From the NCBI RefSeq assembly GCF_009914755.1, contig NC_060939.1: a stretch of DNA of 64,000 bases; one strand, 5' to 3'. A program made the translations under genes and the position numbers. Of the stretch, positions 60,251 through 64,000 are shown piece by piece. The notes under the pieces are model-generated. The model was not told the DNA's origin. It did not search any database and saw only the letters and a list, made by a program, of their open reading frames with translations. The stretch's first letter is position 1, and each line of letters opens with the position of its first letter. This DNA comes from the human T2T-CHM13v2.0 reference genome, Homo sapiens.

Positions 60251-62149
60251 GTTCCACAGAACCTTAGGTTTACTGAGCAATGCTGAGGTGGGGACCGAGC
60301 AATAGTGTATCTCCACTTCAGCGGGAGCAGCTCTTCTTTTGTTTGAGTATTGATGTTCTCTATGCAAACCCCCACATAGATGGGATATGCAGAGAGGACC
60401 TCTAGTAAACAGATGGGTAGATAGGTTTTGAAGTTTGGCTGTGATATGGGATGGGCATAGTGGGAGGGGATTTGACAGCAAAGGAGATTTTTCTTCTATT
60501 CTTCCCTTTTCTTTTCTTTTCCCTTTCCTTTTCCCCCCTCTCTTCTCTTTTCTAAGAGGACAGAGTAAATGCTGATAGGAAATTCCCATTAGAGAGGAGT
60601 TGAACCTCTGGAAAAAGGGAATAATGAAAAGTCCAAGTTTCCTAAGAATGGGCTCCAGAGTACACATGGAAGGATTGACCTTAGGAATATATCCTTTCCT
60701 CCTTTGTAAAAGTAAAGAAAGGGAGAACAGGTGGAAAGACAGATGTGCACTGAGGGAGAGAGAGGCAGTTGAGAGAGTTTTTGTCTGATGCTTTTACCAG
60801 GTCAGACCATCTGCTTGGGAATGAACATTTGGGGAGAGGGCAGGTTTGAAGACTCACATGGCAGTTTGGCTAGAGAAAGATAGAATTGTTGGGTGTTATT
60901 TAGCAAGCAGTTGGTGACTAAGCTTATGGTGGAACCTTCTGCTCGTTTAGGGAACTTTCTCTTGCTGTACTCAGCTGTCTGAGGGATGGAGAAGGTAGAC
61001 TGTGGCATTCATACAGATTTAGGTTTTTGCCAGGTGGATGCAGTACAAGTAGAGAGAGACTAAGGAGGTTTAGGATTTGGCCAAGAGAGTGATATAACAT
61101 GAAATCTGAGTTGGATTGGAGGCAAATAAAGGAAGAGTGAATACGGAGAATGGAGGTGGGCCAAAGTACCCATTGATGTTGACGAACTGCTGTATTGGGC
61201 ACGACTGAGTAAGCCATCTGGGGTATGGGACATTTTGGTGGCAGAGAAAGACTGTGGTCATGGAGAAGTTTCTGATGATGACACGGTCTTAGTGTGCAGG
61301 GTGGAGGGGGCTGAGGTAGAGCCTTACAACCTTCCCTGCATCGGTCCCTGTGGTCTTTGTAAGAAGGAGAAGGAATATAGCGTGGAAGCAACAATCACTA
61401 GTCCTTTCTAAAACTCTAAAGTTCCTCAAGGGAGGAAATTAGTAGTGGGAGCATTTCAGGGCTGCAGTCCCAGGAAGCGGGTGTTTCATGGTTTGGTAGC
61501 AAAACTCAGGACTGAGAGGTAAGAGAGGTAAGAGATCAAAGTCCTATGGCTTAACCTCTTTGGACCTCAGTTCCTTTATTTACAAGAAAAAAGGCCACAA
61601 GAGACTTGGAGGAAAACATAAAATCTCAACCTGGAAGCAAAATCACTTAATGAATCTGTCAACTGCTTTTCTTAATGGTAACAGTTGGCCTTCCTGAGGA
61701 AATGAAAGAGTAACTTGCCCAAATACTGATAGAGCTCTCACTACTTGCTAATTTTATTTTATAAATATGAATGGACAAAAAAGAGGTATCCAAATTTTAA
61801 TGAAAGAGGGGAGTTTGGCTTATAGCTAAGCAACAGGAGCAGATGGATCCTGATTAAGCAGTTAATCTATGCAACAAGAGATAATTTAACTTAAAAATTA
61901 TATTCCACTTAGTGAAGGAAAGAGAGATCTGTCAATCATGTTCCTGAATTGGGCTGGGAAATGAGGCACAGATGTTCTTTCTTTCCTATTAGCCCAGGAG
62001 AAAAACATTCCTGACTTTCTGCTTCAAATATGAACAGGCAAATGAAAAAAGAATACAGATAGCAAAAACACGTAAAAAGATGTTCAACTTTTAGAAGAAG
62101 TGATAAAACACTAATTTTTACCTATCAGATTGGCAAAGATGAACACCTA

Positions 62150-62260
62150 GCCAGGCATCGAGGCATACCAGCTACTTGGCTGAGATGAGAGGATCATGTG
62201 AGCCCAGGAGTTTGAGACCAGCCTGGGCAACATAGTGAGACCTTGTCTAAAAAAAAAAAA
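62150..62260 (+). mobile_element. Alu monomer (FLAM-like)
   Basis: gagcccaggagtttgagaccagcctgggcaac plus A tail, flanked by aacacctag. Confidence 0.75.
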
Positions 62261-64000
62261 ATTAACACCTAGTGTTAAGGATAAGTAATACCCAGTGTTG
62301 GAGACAGTTAGGAGAAGATACTGTCACATACTCCTAATGGAAATTAATGTTTTTGTTGAGTTGTTGGGCCATATCTAGCAAAACTACATGGATATGTGTT
62401 TGAATCGGCATTTTCACTTGCAAGAATCTACCCAATAGAAAAGTCTGGTGAACAAGAGTGTTTATCACAAAATTGAATATGATGAAAAATTGTTAAAACC
62501 TCGATATTCATCAATAATGGATTTGTTAAAATATGATAGCAGCTAGCACTGTTTGAGTCTTTACCAAGTGCTCAAACAGTTTTACGCAAATGACATGTAT
62601 TATTTAATCCTCAGGACAATCCTGTGATGTAGGCACTATTATGATCCTTATTTTATAGACAAATAAACTAAGTCATAAAATGTACATCAAACTGAATAAT
62701 GATTAAAGTTGGAGATGGATGGAGAGTATGAGGGTAGGGGTGGAGGCTGAAAGAAACAGCCTTACTTAAGTGTTTATAGGACAAGGGAAAACTCTACTAG
62801 TAAGTTTGGTTTATATTACTTTCAGTAAATATTTATTTTTATAATTTGGAGTCAGTTAAAATAAGATGGTTAGAATATAGTGCCACTAAGTTTTTATCAA
62901 GCTTTCTAATCAGCTAGTCTAAATATTTTGATTTACAGCGATGCATATGTTTATGCCATATTGACATAGATGACTCTCTTAGCCGGTGGTTAGGTGAGGG
63001 TGAGAGAGGTTGATGGCTAGGAAAGTCACACAACTATATCCGCCACCCCCTCCTTGAATTTGGTAGTAGTAGGATCTGGATCAAATAAGGATCAGAACAC
63101 CCTGAGGGGAAAAACAGTAAGTTAAGGAGATGGCCTAAAAGAGCATCATACAGCCAAGTGCGGTAGGAGAAACCGGGAGCGGGAATTAAGTTTTGTTATT
63201 AGTTTGGTTCATTTTGAATTCCAGAGCAAGGACTTCTTGTTTTTCTCCAGTCTGTTGGATCCTTGCAGCTTGAACTGCTGCTAGGGTGCAGGGCCTCCAT
63301 AATCGCCATGATTGCACTGTTCTTGAGCTAGCTCTGTATAAAAGCATCTCTGTTTCTTAAATTGACTATGTGGAAATATGTGAGTATATCAAATAGTAAA
63401 GCATTCTAATGGTCCGTTAGTGTTTTAGTGTTTGTAAGTAAATGTGGTACAGTTCTGGAAAACAGCCATTGCACATTTATCCTGTCTTCATAATACACAT
63501 GTGCCTGAAAATTAAGTTTTGTTACAACAGCTTCTTTTCCTGTTGAATTTTCAGATTTAGAAGCTTTTCTGTCATTGTTACTGATTCCTTGTCAGTAATG
63601 TGAAACGGTGATTCCTTGTCAAATAATTAAGAAACTCAAGCCTCTCACATGTCATAATGACTTTCATTTTTCAGGAAAATGAACGTCTGTTCCATAACTT
63701 AACTCTATTTATGGAGTCATAGGATTTTAAAGCTAGAAGCTTTATTTATAATTTAGACAATTTTTCTTTTTGAGGAAACTAAGAAGAGGATAATGGCTGG
63801 TTCTAAAGTCACTTTTCAGTGCAAAAATAAGGTCTCCTAATTTGTGGTCCAGTTAGTTTTGCTTCATTTTAATTCTGTAGATATTTATTGATAACCTCTT
63901 CCTAGCCTAGCACCACCATGTCGTTAAAATTTAACCACGTTTATCGACTGTGGAGAAATGAAGTGCTGCATGTTAAGTGAATTTTCCCAGTTAATTTTTG

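Noticed and set aside
60924-61394. 156-aa and neighbouring ORFs in purine-rich 60.2-61.4 kb and 23.3-24.0 kb regions
   Set aside because: No recognisable domain or splice structure; probably ancient LINE (L2-like) remnants.

Overview
Human (or very close primate) genomic DNA. I recognise it as the TTC23/LRRC28 head-to-head locus (15q26.3, from memory). TTC23 runs on the minus strand. Four coding exons (24216-24395, 17424-17547, 14581-14731, 14271-14396) join in frame into the first ~193 aa. It also has a multi-exon 5' UTR in which two exons are exonised Alus. A CpG-island bidirectional promoter lies at ~46.9-47.6 kb. LRRC28 runs on the plus strand (non-coding exon 1, first coding exon 51674-51901), and its intron 2 holds a full-length processed HSP90B1 pseudogene (HSP90B2P) with a target-site duplication. 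The rest is mostly Alu, L1, L2, MIR, MaLR/ERV1 LTR and Tigger3 repeats. Most listed ORFs are Alu/L1 or antisense shadows. The best observations are: a 184-nt U12-type (minor spliceosome) intron in TTC23; Alu exons that each add a uORF and sit beside inverted Alus; overlapping uORFs in front of both genes' start codons; a perfect 28-bp minisatellite born inside an ancient L1; and a latent 399-codon KDEL-ending frame in the pseudogene. I see no clearly new self-contained biological system. The strongest candidate is layered post-transcriptional control of TTC23, which is inference. Repeat boundaries and subfamilies are by eye and approximate.
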